Shown in pieces: positions 33,593 through 42,891 of a DNA stretch of 64,000 bases (position 1 is the first letter of the stretch; each line of letters starts with the position of its first letter). Source of the stretch: Rebecca billardiae RCC1528. Lineage: Eukaryota > Protista > Haptophyta. The notes under the pieces were generated by a model. That model worked only from the letters and a program-made list of their open reading frames with translations. It had not been told where the DNA came from and searched no databases. Location: NCBI GenBank assembly GCA_965240325.2, contig OZ251239.1, positions 1,550,001-1,614,000 on the forward strand. Direction: 5' to 3'. Made by a program: the position numbers and the translations under genes.

Positions 33593-34386
33593 ACCTTGAG
33601 CAGCTCGCCGCTCACGTCAGCGCGCCCCTTCTCCTTCTTGAAGCGCCATGGCTGCATCAGCGCGTAGCGCTCGGCGTCGACGCTCACGCCGCCCTGCGCG
33701 TCCTGTGGCGCGTGCAGGCCGCCCTGCGCGTTGAGCGAGATCACGCCCACGCGCACGTGCGCGAACTGCTGGTACGCGCCGTCCGGATCGAGCCGATGCA
33801 TCTCGGTGTGCTCGATCGAGAGCGAGTGCACCGTGTTGATCGCCGAGAGGTGCCGGTCCGTGCGCGCGCCGCCGAGCGCGTTCGCCCGCAGCGGCTTCGG
33901 GACGCGGCGCATGCCCAGGTTGAGCCACGTCGAGATGCGCTCGGGCTGGTACGAGCTCACGGTGCGCCGCGTGCGGTCCTTCTCTCGCGTCTCGTGCACG
34001 ACGCCCTGGTCGTCGAGCGAGGTGAACATCGGCGAGTAGAGGGCGTCACGCGGGAACAGCGCCAGCTTGGCCTTGCGCAGCAGGTTGCCCTTCTTCCGGC
34101 TGCCCTTGATGGCGACGAAGTTGTTGACCTTGCGCTTGACCTCCGCCAGGTAGTTCTCGTTCGGCATGATCGAGTGGTCCACCTCGCTCGCCGCCTCGCG
34201 CGCGCGCAGCATGAGCGTCTCGTGCTCAGCCGCCTTCTCCGCGGCCGCCGCGGCCATGCGCCGCCGCACAGATGCGGCAGAGACCTTGCGCCCGATGCCG
34301 TAGCCGCCCTTCCGCTGCAGCTTGACCTTCTTCGGCTTCGCGCAGGAACGCTTGCCCTTGCCCACGGTAAGCACAGCCGTCGTCAT
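33529..34386 (-). CDS. Transposon ORF1, basic protein of unknown function (may be the frameshifted N-terminus of the transposase)
   Basis: 285-aa ATG ORF inside the TIRs, Lys/Arg-rich, overlapping the long ORF by 64 bp. Confidence 0.7.
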   Translation of the reverse strand: MTTAVLTVGKGKRSCAKPKKVKLQRKGGYGIGRKVSAASVRRRMAAAAAEKAAEHETLMLRAREAASEVDHSIMPNENYLAEVKRKVNNFVAIKGSRKKGNLLRKAKLALFPRDALYSPMFTSLDDQGVVHETREKDRTRRTVSSYQPERISTWLNLGMRRVPKPLRANALGGARTDRHLSAINTVHSLSIEHTEMHRLDPDGAYQQFAHVRVGVISLNAQGGLHAPQDAQGGVSVDAERYALMQPWRFKKEKGRADVSGELLKVCAQGVSMRRGGGGAGGARRL

Positions 34387-35483
34387 TGCTGCGCGCGGCG
34401 AGCGCGGTCCCGCGCGGCCGCCGCCGGGCGCAGCCGCAGCAAGTTAGTCTGATGCAAATTCCCGGTCACCCATGCAAAAGTAAGCGTTCCCGCTGAGCAT
34501 GTGCGTGGATCACGAGTAACCCGCCGCCTGAATACAAACTCCGCGCCCCTCCATACACTTCCTGCATCCCCGCGCGCGGCGGCGTGCAGGCGGGCGCAGA
34601 TTCGCACCGTGTTACGAACAGACCTAGCAAAGTAGATCGGCGTGGCGGGTCGGGACGCGGAGCGGGTGCGGGGCAGGTGGGGGATAGGTTGGGGAACACC
34701 CGCGATTAGAGCACCGGTGGCGCAGCGGCGACGTGGACGCCGCCACACGCGCACGCACGGCGCACGCGCGCACCGGGACTTTCAACTTCGCGTCGGAGCT
34801 CTGGACGACCGTCGGTTGGTCCGAGCGGCGCGAGGAGGCTCTCGGGATTGTGGCCGGACGCCCGGGTTGAGCCGTTAACGGCCGAAAATCAATTTGTTGG
34901 AGTTTCCTTAACGGCCGCTTTAAAAAAGAAATCGTTGCTGTGTATATATATCTGATGATTAGATGCGGATTCTGCTGATTGACTTGGCCGATTGATGACA
35001 TCATCACTTAGTTAAATATAGCTATATATCTGCTATTACTATACTATATATATTATAAATAATATATATATATATATATATATACTATACTTATACATAC
35101 AGTGACACGAGCTTGCGCACTGGCGGCCGCCTGCTACAGTAAAATACACGCTGATATGCTCTGCTTATTGTCATCGTCTTGACCGTCGGCGTTGGACCGG
35201 TCTGAGAGTGAGACTGATCCAGTCATAGCTAGTGATTCTGAGTGATGGCGGGCCGTAAGCCTAAGCCTAAGGCCGGTGCGCGAGTGTCGGCGCGGGGACG
35301 ACGGCCGCCGGCCGGCGCGGACCGGCTCCAGGCGCGTCGAGCGCCTGCACTGTCAGTCACATGATGTGAGTGAGGCCGCGAGCCATCGTCAGCCTCGCGC
35401 GTCGTTGTTCATCATGCTCGCGGCGGATGCTCTGTGCGCCGCGTTCCGCGGCCGCCCGGTGGTCGGCCCGTGCCACGCCAGCC

Positions 35484-35832
35484 TCACGTGCCATCACCCA
35501 TGCACACCTTGAAAGCTTCGCCATAGCATCCAATTGCGAACGCAGAGTTGACGCTGCGCACGCTGAAGACGCTGTTCACGCTGAAGACGCTGAAGGCGCT
35601 GTTCAAGCTGAGCACGCTGCCCACAGCGTTCACAGCGCAGATTGACAGAATCGCGTTCACGCCGAGGAGGCACAGAAGCGCGTTGAAGCCGCCCACGGAC
35701 AGGATCACATTCACACCAAATGGCAAATGCCGCGTGGGAGCTCTTCCCCCTCGTGTAGTACGTCGCTTTGCCGAACGTCAGTCCTCCGTTGAAGTGGGAG
35801 GCGGCGTTGTCTTCTTGACCTCCGCGCGCCAT
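35484..35832 (-). pseudogene. Small Ser/Val/Asn-repeat membrane protein with 1-bp frameshift near 35718
   Basis: Removing one T from gccatttggtgtg joins MARGGQ...SHAAFAI to GVNVILSV...SVFSVNSVFSVRSVNSAFAIGC. Confidence 0.6.
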
Positions 35833-36229
35833 CGCGGCTGGGTCGGGGCGGGACCGGGTTTTGCTCGATCTAGTTTCGAGTTTTCCTGGAACCTACCGGA
35901 GTCTTACCAAGTGTGCACGTTAAAACATATAGTAAACTGTATATAGGCTGATTCTCTGACGAATCCACATATATAATTATTGTTCGTCAGTGCCAGTGGG
36001 CTCCGGCGGCGGCGCGCTCGCCGGGCCGCACCCGCACGTGCTCGGCGCGCCGATCCGCGGGCAGCCGGCGCCCGCCGCCGCGCGCACGCCCTCGATCGCG
36101 CGGCCTCACGCCCGACACGCGTGCGCGCTCGCGGCGCGCGCCGCCCTCGAGTCGAACCGGGCGAGCAGCGCGCGGCGGTGGAGGGCGCGGGGTGCAGCTT
36201 GGCGTGCGCGTCCACCGCCCGCGCCCGCC

Positions 36230-37035
36230 CGCGCGCGGGCGCGCCTCCGCGTCGCTCATGCGCTCCTGCAGCTCGGAGGGCGCCTCGCGCAGCGCGACGC
36301 ACAGCACGTGGCTGAGCTGGTGGATCCGCCACTTGTGCTGCGGGAAGTGGTTGTACAGCGTGGAGCCGTGCACGTGCCGCTTCTCCGCCTTGCTCACCTC
36401 GCCGAGGTCGACGCGCGCGACGTCGCGCAGCGCGCGCAGCAGCGCGGCGTGCAGCGAGCCGTCGCGCTGCACCTCGCCGGAGACGAGCCCGCCGAAGCTC
36501 GTCTCGAGCGTCTCGGGGCGGCGCAGCGCGAGGCGCACCACCTCCTGCACGACGGACGCGCTCGCGTCGCGCCCCTCCCTCGATGGCGCGGCCCGTGGCG
36601 ACCATCTGCGCGTGCACGTGCGCCTCGAGCGAGCGCACCTCGGTCGCCATCTCGTGCAGCTCGCCCATCGCGCCCTGCGGCGCGCTCCCCGCCTCGGTCA
36701 CACTCGTGCAGCTCCGCGCCCTGCAGCGCGCTCTCCGCCGCGGTCGCGGTCTCCTGCGCATCCGCCAGCTGCTTCGACGCGGTCTCGTGAGTGTGGTTGA
36801 CGAGCGCCGGCGTCTTGGAGAGCGCGACGTTCTGATCCTTGAGCATCTGCAACGTGGTATTGAGCTCGGCGAGCGCGGTCTCGGCCTTCTGGTGGCGCAG
36901 CTCCGCCTCGGCCGGCAGCGCGTGGTGCGCGGCCTCGACCTGCTTGCACGAGCGCTTCTCGTCCTGGAGCCCCCAGTGAGTCAGCCCGCCCACCAGCACG
37001 CGCAGCGCGGCGGCCGCCTGCTTGGCGCGCGCCAC
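36230..37035 (-). pseudogene. Coiled-coil gene fragment with two apparent frameshifts
   Basis: Begins after acceptor-like cacacag at 37036; coding-like sequence switches frame near 36710 and 36570. Confidence 0.55.
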
Positions 37036-37059
37036 CTGTGTGGGGGCGGTGCGATTCGG

Positions 37060-37958
37060 TCAGGCTGCCGCCGGTCCGGGTGGGACCGTCGCGATCACAA
37101 AGTACGCACTCGCGTCAAGGCCGATGACAGTACTCGTGCTAGTACCCGGAGTGAGCGGCTCCTCAGGGCTGGCCGCGCCTCCGCCGGGCGGCGCGGCCAT
37201 CTGGGAGAGGCGCGCGAGCACGCTCGCCTTGAGAGCATCGGCATCCGTGGGGGCGAGCGCGGCGAGGAGCGCCCGCGTGCCAGGCGCGCCGCGGGAGAAG
37301 CGCTCCCAGTACGCCTCCGCCGACGCCACTTGCAAGGTGCGCACGGCGGGCCCCACCACGCGCACGTCCCGCAGCCCCAGCTCGCGGGCCAGCTCGGCGA
37401 CCTCCTCCGCGCCCAGCCGAGCGCTCTTTGGCACGGCCCCCAGGGCGTCGGCCGCCGACGGGCTGGTGCGCGCGAGCTCGGCGGCCGCAGCCGGGATGAC
37501 CTGAAAGGCGGGCGTCTCGCTCGCAGCGCCCCACGCACCGATCGCGACATTGCCGCCGGGCCTGACCACGCGCGCCATCTCGCCGAGCCCGGCGCGCGCA
37601 TCGGCAAAGAAGATGAGGCCAAACAGCGATGTGGCCGCGTCGAACCTTCCGGTCCACGCCGCGGGGAGCGCCTGCCCGTCGGCCACGACGGCGTCGACCG
37701 ATCCGGTGAAGCCCTCCGAGGAGGCAGTCGCGGCAACGCGCTCGACCATCCCATGCGCAATGTCCGACGCTGTGACTTGGCGTGCACCGCGGCGCACTGC
37801 CTCGGCGATGATTGCGCCGGTGCCGCACGCGACATCCAGCAACTCCATATCAGACAGCGGCCCCAAGAGCTCGAGGAGCGGTGGAGCGAACTGGGACGTG
37901 AACGCTGCACCAAGGCCTCGTAGGCCTCGCTCACGTCGCTCCAAGCGTCCGCCGCCAT
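37060..37958 (-). pseudogene. Class I SAM-dependent methyltransferase with 1-bp frameshift near 37905
   Basis: MAADAWSDVSEAYEALVQ is out of frame with FTSQFA..LLDVACGTG, ADGQALP, FDAATSLFGLIFF, EMARVVRPGG. Pseudogene or sequencing error. Confidence 0.8.
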
Positions 37959-38029
37959 CCTGCGACCTGCTGTGCCGACCACTCGCTAGCCGACTATTCG
38001 CCTGCCTGAGCGGTGTGCGTCTCTTATAA

Positions 38030-39744
38030 TGGGCAGAGCGCGGCGCCGCAGGAGGCAGAGGCCTCGAGGGCCTCCACCCCCCCGACACCGCGCGCACCCA
38101 AGGCCATGCCCACCCAGCAACCAGCAGGGTGGGAGGGCAGGGAGAAACAACTCCCAGAGGAGGAGCAGCCACCAGCGCAGCGGTGACCAGAGCAGCCACG
38201 CCGGCCGCCGCGCCGCGGGTGCAGCCAGCGAGCGCGGCCGCACCCAGACGCGCATCGCTTGCCAAGCTGCTGAGCCAATCCAGGCCCGCGCCCAATCCGG
38301 GCCTGGCTCGGCTTGACGACCGGAAAACCTCCAGGCAGCCGGACCCTGGCTGCCAGCCCGCCCTCATGAGGGCTACCGGTGAGTTATACCCGCATAACCG
38401 AGCGGTTATACAACCATAACTCACTCGGTAGACCCACATGAGAGTAGATTGAGGTGGGGGCCGCGTTGATAAACGCGTGAGGTGACTAGGTCACACCCCC
38501 GAAGCCGTCCAGGATGCGACGCCGACCAGGAAGGACTCGCCGATGCATTCGAGCAACTACGCCGACAGAAGCCGATGACCGCCTAGACACCGAAGAGGAA
38601 GTACTCGATGGAGCACGTAGACCGCAGGCGCTGGCAGCCGACGCCCCCCCCCAACGCAAGTTTGGGCAGAGCGCGGCGCCGCAGGAGGCAGAGGCCTCGA
38701 GGGCCTCCACCCAGAAGGAGGTGTGGAATGCCACACCCCGCAGGGGTGGTGGCCGGGGGCCCGAAGAGGCCGAGGCCGCCGAAGGAGTAGCGCGAGGACC
38801 GAAGGCGGCAGAGGCCCAGAGGGGCTCCCCGCAGGGTTGTATGAGTAAGGACGATCCAGACGGCATGAGACAGTGGGCACGAAGACATGCGCGGCGGCGG
38901 CGGCGCAGGCGGGAAGCAGGCGCGAGACACGCACGCGTAGCGTCAGATAAGGTAGCAGGTCGCATCCCACACACAGCAGTGCACGGCAGACTGCAGAGGA
39001 GGCGGCAGAGAAGGAGAGAGCAGCACCCACCCGCCAGGCGATGAAGGCAAGCGAGACTGCGAAGCGTGAGAAGATTGCAGACGGGGACGCCTGGGAGCGG
39101 TTCCCAGGCGCCCCCATCGAAAGCAGAGCATGAGAAGATTGCAGACGGGGACGCCTCGAAGCGGTTCCGAGGCGCCCCCATCGAAAGCAGAGCATGAGAA
39201 GATTGCAGACGGGGACGCCTCGAAGCGGTTCCGAGGCGCCCCCATCGAAAGCAGAGCATGAGAAGATAGATTGCAGACGGGGACGCCTCGAAGCGGCTCC
39301 GAGGCGCCCCCATCGAAAGCAGATAGAGCATGAGAAGATTGCAGACGGGGACGCCTCGAAGCGGCTCCGAGGCGCCCCCATCGAAAGCAGAGAGCAAGCA
39401 GGGCAGGTGCACGAGTGGAGAGAGCGAGGGCTGAGGGCGGCCTACCGCCGACGCACACGCACCTGGAAGAAACAACTCCCAGAGGAGGAGCAGCCACCAG
39501 CGCAGCGGTGACCAGAGCAGCCACGCCGGCCGCCGCGCCGCGGGTGCAGCCAGCGAGCGCGGCCGCACCCAGACGCGCATCGCTTGCCAAGCTGCTGAGC
39601 CAATCCAGGCCCGCGCCCAATCCGGGCCTGGCTCGGCTTGACGACCGGAAAACCTCCAGGCAGCCGGACCCTGGCTGCCAGCCCGCCCTCATGAGGGCTA
39701 CCGGTGAGTTATACCCGCATAACCGAGCGGTTATACAACCATAA
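38030..39744. mobile_element. Non-coding element with split direct repeats A1-B1-A2-B2
   Basis: A is 50 bp (38030-38079, 38663-38712); B is 277 bp (38143-38419, 39468-39744). It interrupts the 49-bp terminal motif. Confidence 0.75.
39067..39390 (-). repeat. 5 x 64-bp tandem array, each unit with a 17-bp stem-loop
   Basis: Units start at 39067, 39131, 39195, 39259 and 39331; the fourth is 72 bp with two 4-bp insertions. Confidence 0.95.
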
Positions 39745-40299
39745 TTAATTATTAGTAAACTGTACGCTCGGGTCCGCAGCAGGGTGCTGCAATTGCGGTC
39801 GCTTGCCGTGGGCGTGGTGGTGTGAGAGTGATGGCAGCCCGGGCGCCCGCCCGGGTGCGCCCAGCACGACGAAGCTAGACCGCTGAAACGGACGAGTCTG
39901 TCCGCGGGCGCGGTGCGGCGACGATATCATATCCGATAAGCGCCTCGCTGCGTCGTGCACGCTGAGTCGCGGCTCAGAGCAAGATGCTGAGAGGCGAGTG
40001 CCTGCCACTGCTCGGCATGGCATCACAATTCACATGCGCGGGACCGGTGGTCCAGATTCCAGATCTATTATTAGTGGGTAGACTCCAGACGGACCAGACA
40101 TAACTGCTAACAATTCGCAGTCCTGAGTGCCGCCCAGGCCGGCGGGGCGGCAGCACGGCTCAGCACGAGCACCGACTGGCGGCTGTGACATTTACACCGA
40201 CAGAGTCCGAGCCGGCGTCAAGCGGCGTGGCCGGCGTGAGGGTCGGCGCGGCCCGCGCATCATTCACGACACACCGTGGGCACCGGCTTAGTGCTACTG

Positions 40300-41817
40300 C
40301 TACGACCGATGATGAGATGGACTGGCGCGGGCAGCAGCGCCCCTGCCAATCAGCGGAACCGCCGCGGCGCAGTTGAGCGTGCTCAAGGATACGACGTGCG
40401 GCGTATGCGGTCTGTGGCGTTTATTCGATGGCGGCGCCGGTGACGTGGTTGGCGGCGTGGGCGCTGCCGCTGACGGCCCGTTTGATGCCGCGTCGGCGCG
40501 GGCCGGCAGCGGCACGGGCGATGCGTCCCCGCGGGGTGGCGCGAGCTCGTCGGCACACGCGCATGGCAGGCTCGCGCGCCAGCCCGTGCGCAGCTCGACG
40601 CCCGGAGGGGTGCAGGCGCGCAGGGGCCCCGCCTGGCCGGGGAGCGTGCACGCGGGCGTGGCGAGCAGGAGCTCGGCGCGGAGGGCGATGGAGTCGAGGA
40701 TCTGCAGGCTGTCGTAGCCGGCCGTTTGTAGGCAGAGGGCCCAGAGGTGGTCCGCGCCCTGGGGCTCCTTGAAGAGGTTGTGCGCGCGCAGGGCGGCGAA
40801 GTAGGCGGCGCGGAACTCCTCCATCTCTGCCGGGGTGTCGGCCGAGGGGCGCAGGCTCGCGACCGGGCAGTCTCGCACGGGGTGCGCATCGTACCTCGAG
40901 GTGGCCACGGTCGTGCGGCCCAGGTTGACAAAGACGCCCGTGCCGCGGTCGCGAGGCGGGAGCAGGGGCCAGGCCCAGCACCCGTAGCCCCTGCCCTCGA
41001 AATCGGCGGTGGGCTGACGCGCCACCTCCACCCACGCACCCGAAGCGTGTGAGCGCCGCGCGCGCGCGCGCGCGCGGAGCCGCGCTCCAGGGTCACCCGC
41101 GAGGTCCCAGAGGAGGAGGATAAAGGGCGCGTGGGGCAGCGGCCGGGGCGCGTTGGCTGTCGACGCGCGCCCGAAGAGGACCACTGCGTCTCCCGGGCCC
41201 CAGCGCGGCCAACGGGACGCGTTTGTGTTTTGTCGGCCCATCGATGTCGAGCCGTGAGCCGGAGATGCCGCTGTCGTGCCGCCGACGTGCAGCGTGTACC
41301 CCTGCCGCACCACGTCGCCGAGGCTCCAGCCATGGAGGCCATCGAGCGCCGGGTGCCGAATGGGTTCGCGCTCGAGGTCCGCGATCTCCCGGCTGCGCGC
41401 ATCGCTCATATCGAGCCAGCGGGCGCACTGGGCGGAGGGACACGAGGGAGCAATGCTGCGACCCGTCTCGCGCGAGCAGTTCATGTACAGCGGCACGCTC
41501 AGGTTCCATTCGACCGAGCGGTGCGGCGGAAACACGAACGCGCCAAACGACCGGAGGTCCACGGGCAGGGGGATGCCTGCACCTGAGCCTGGCCGTGCGC
41601 TGTACAGCGCGCTCAGGTATGTCGCCCATGGCGACTCGCGGCTCAAGACCACGGGGAGGCGGAGGAGGAAGGATCGCAGCTCTTCCGGATGACAGAGATG
41701 AAAGCACGTGCAGTCATTAGGGACCCGCCGTGCCGTTGAGAGGGCGGGCGCCAGGGCGGCGAGGATCGTGAGGACGAGGCCTCGCCGTGCCCAGGACCGG
41801 GCGGTCGTGGCCGCCAT
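40300..41817 (-). CDS. Secreted protein of unknown function, intronless
   Basis: Signal peptide; motif-like blocks WVEVARQ, GYGCWAWP, GTGVFVNLGRT, AGYDSLQI; multiple Cys. Confidence 0.72.
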   Translation of the reverse strand: MAATTARSWARRGLVLTILAALAPALSTARRVPNDCTCFHLCHPEELRSFLLRLPVVLSRESPWATYLSALYSARPGSGAGIPLPVDLRSFGAFVFPPHRSVEWNLSVPLYMNCSRETGRSIAPSCPSAQCARWLDMSDARSREIADLEREPIRHPALDGLHGWSLGDVVRQGYTLHVGGTTAASPAHGSTSMGRQNTNASRWPRWGPGDAVVLFGRASTANAPRPLPHAPFILLLWDLAGDPGARLRARARARRSHASGAWVEVARQPTADFEGRGYGCWAWPLLPPRDRGTGVFVNLGRTTVATSRYDAHPVRDCPVASLRPSADTPAEMEEFRAAYFAALRAHNLFKEPQGADHLWALCLQTAGYDSLQILDSIALRAELLLATPACTLPGQAGPLRACTPPGVELRTGWRASLPCACADELAPPRGDASPVPLPARADAASNGPSAAAPTPPTTSPAPPSNKRHRPHTPHVVSLSTLNCAAAVPLIGRGAAARASPSHHRS

Positions 41818-41840
41818 AATTTCGCCCGGGCGGAGATGGC

Positions 41841-41889
41841 TACAGTTTACTAAGAATAAGAGACGCACACAGCTCAGGCAGGCGAGATT
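41841..41889 (+). mobile_element. Copy of the TA|CAGTTTACTAA... terminal repeat
   Basis: Identical to the copy starting at 7648. Confidence 0.85.
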
Positions 41890-42891
41890 GACGCCCGCCA
41901 ACTGTCACCTGAAGCTTGTGACTCAAACCCGTGAAAGGCGGCACCGTGCCCCCGGTGCCGCTGCGAGCGGACCTCGCGAGCGTCGGTGCGGACGAATACG
42001 GCCCGTGCGCGCGGACGCGACGAGCCTGGTAGTCGACCAAGGTCATACGTAGTCCCCAGGTACGCGTCGGCGGTCGCTCCTCGCCTCTCTCCGCCAACGC
42101 GAGCAGCGCGCGCAAAGGCGTCGCGGCTCGGATGCAACTCGCACCGCGCACGCACGTGCACTGCGCCCACCTGATGACCGTGCAGGACCCAAAATCGTTG
42201 GTGTCGGGTAGGTCTACGGTTACTGCGACCAGGCACGCGCGTGCGCCCGCAACCTGAGGACGTACACTGCCCACGCACGGGCATGACAGAGTGCGTCGAC
42301 ACGCGCAATTCAAACGCAGTCGTGTAGCAGAGCCAACAACTCACTCTAGAGACGCCTCGAGACAGACCACTGAGCGCGGGGAAGACGCATAACATCCATT
42401 TGCACGCTGCCCACCGGGCGCACCAGGGGCTAGAGCGCAGCTCGGCCTCTGGGTGCAGCTTCTCATCCGGCGTGTGCAAGCTGAGTCACGTCGCCGGCGT
42501 CGCACGGCGCCCGCGCTGAGCAACGCGGGTGAGATGAGGTGACGAGCGGCGGCAGAGGGCGGCAGTACACGTGCTCTTGCTCGGCGCACCACGCGCCGCG
42601 CGCGCGGGGACGTCCTCGCGGCCTACGTCGCGTTCTCGCGCGGCGGCGCGACGTGGGAAGGGCGACCCGGACTCAAAGCTCGCAGCGCCCGCGGCAGCGG
42701 CGGCCGCGTCCGGACTCCAGGGATTGCTTAGGAGGCCCCCCCCCCCCTCCTAAGCAATTCGCTTCACGCGTTTGTCTCAGAAGCCTGAAGTTTACTAACG
42801 GAGACGCAGACTACGGGTGGAGACTGGAGATCAAGCCGATCAAGGTTGAAGGTGCGGGTTCTCGGAAGAAGCCCCTTCGGCCCCGGCGCGG

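Larger units (their letters stand above)
28688..34942 (-). mobile_element. 6255-bp DNA transposon with CACAG termini (Transib/Chapaev/CMC-like)
   Basis: 34-bp TIRs at 28688-28721 and 34909-34942 with 1 mismatch; inserted in a (TA)n tract; encloses two same-strand ORFs including a DDE-like transposase. Confidence 0.92.

Noticed and set aside
33529-34386. RAG2-like or Fanzor/TnpB gene in the transposon
   Set aside because: No kelch/PHD pattern and no RuvC or zinc-ribbon motifs visible.
35255-35273. Telomere-like (TAAGCC)n
   Set aside because: Fewer than three full units.
38143-38419. Hammerhead ribozyme/retrozyme or canonical LTR
   Set aside because: The closest match, ttgacga-ccg-gaaa, lacks the CUGANGA core and supporting stems; no TG..CA ends, PBS or PPT seen.
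39067-39390. CRISPR array
   Set aside because: Linkers are near-identical rather than unique spacers; no cas genes; eukaryotic context.
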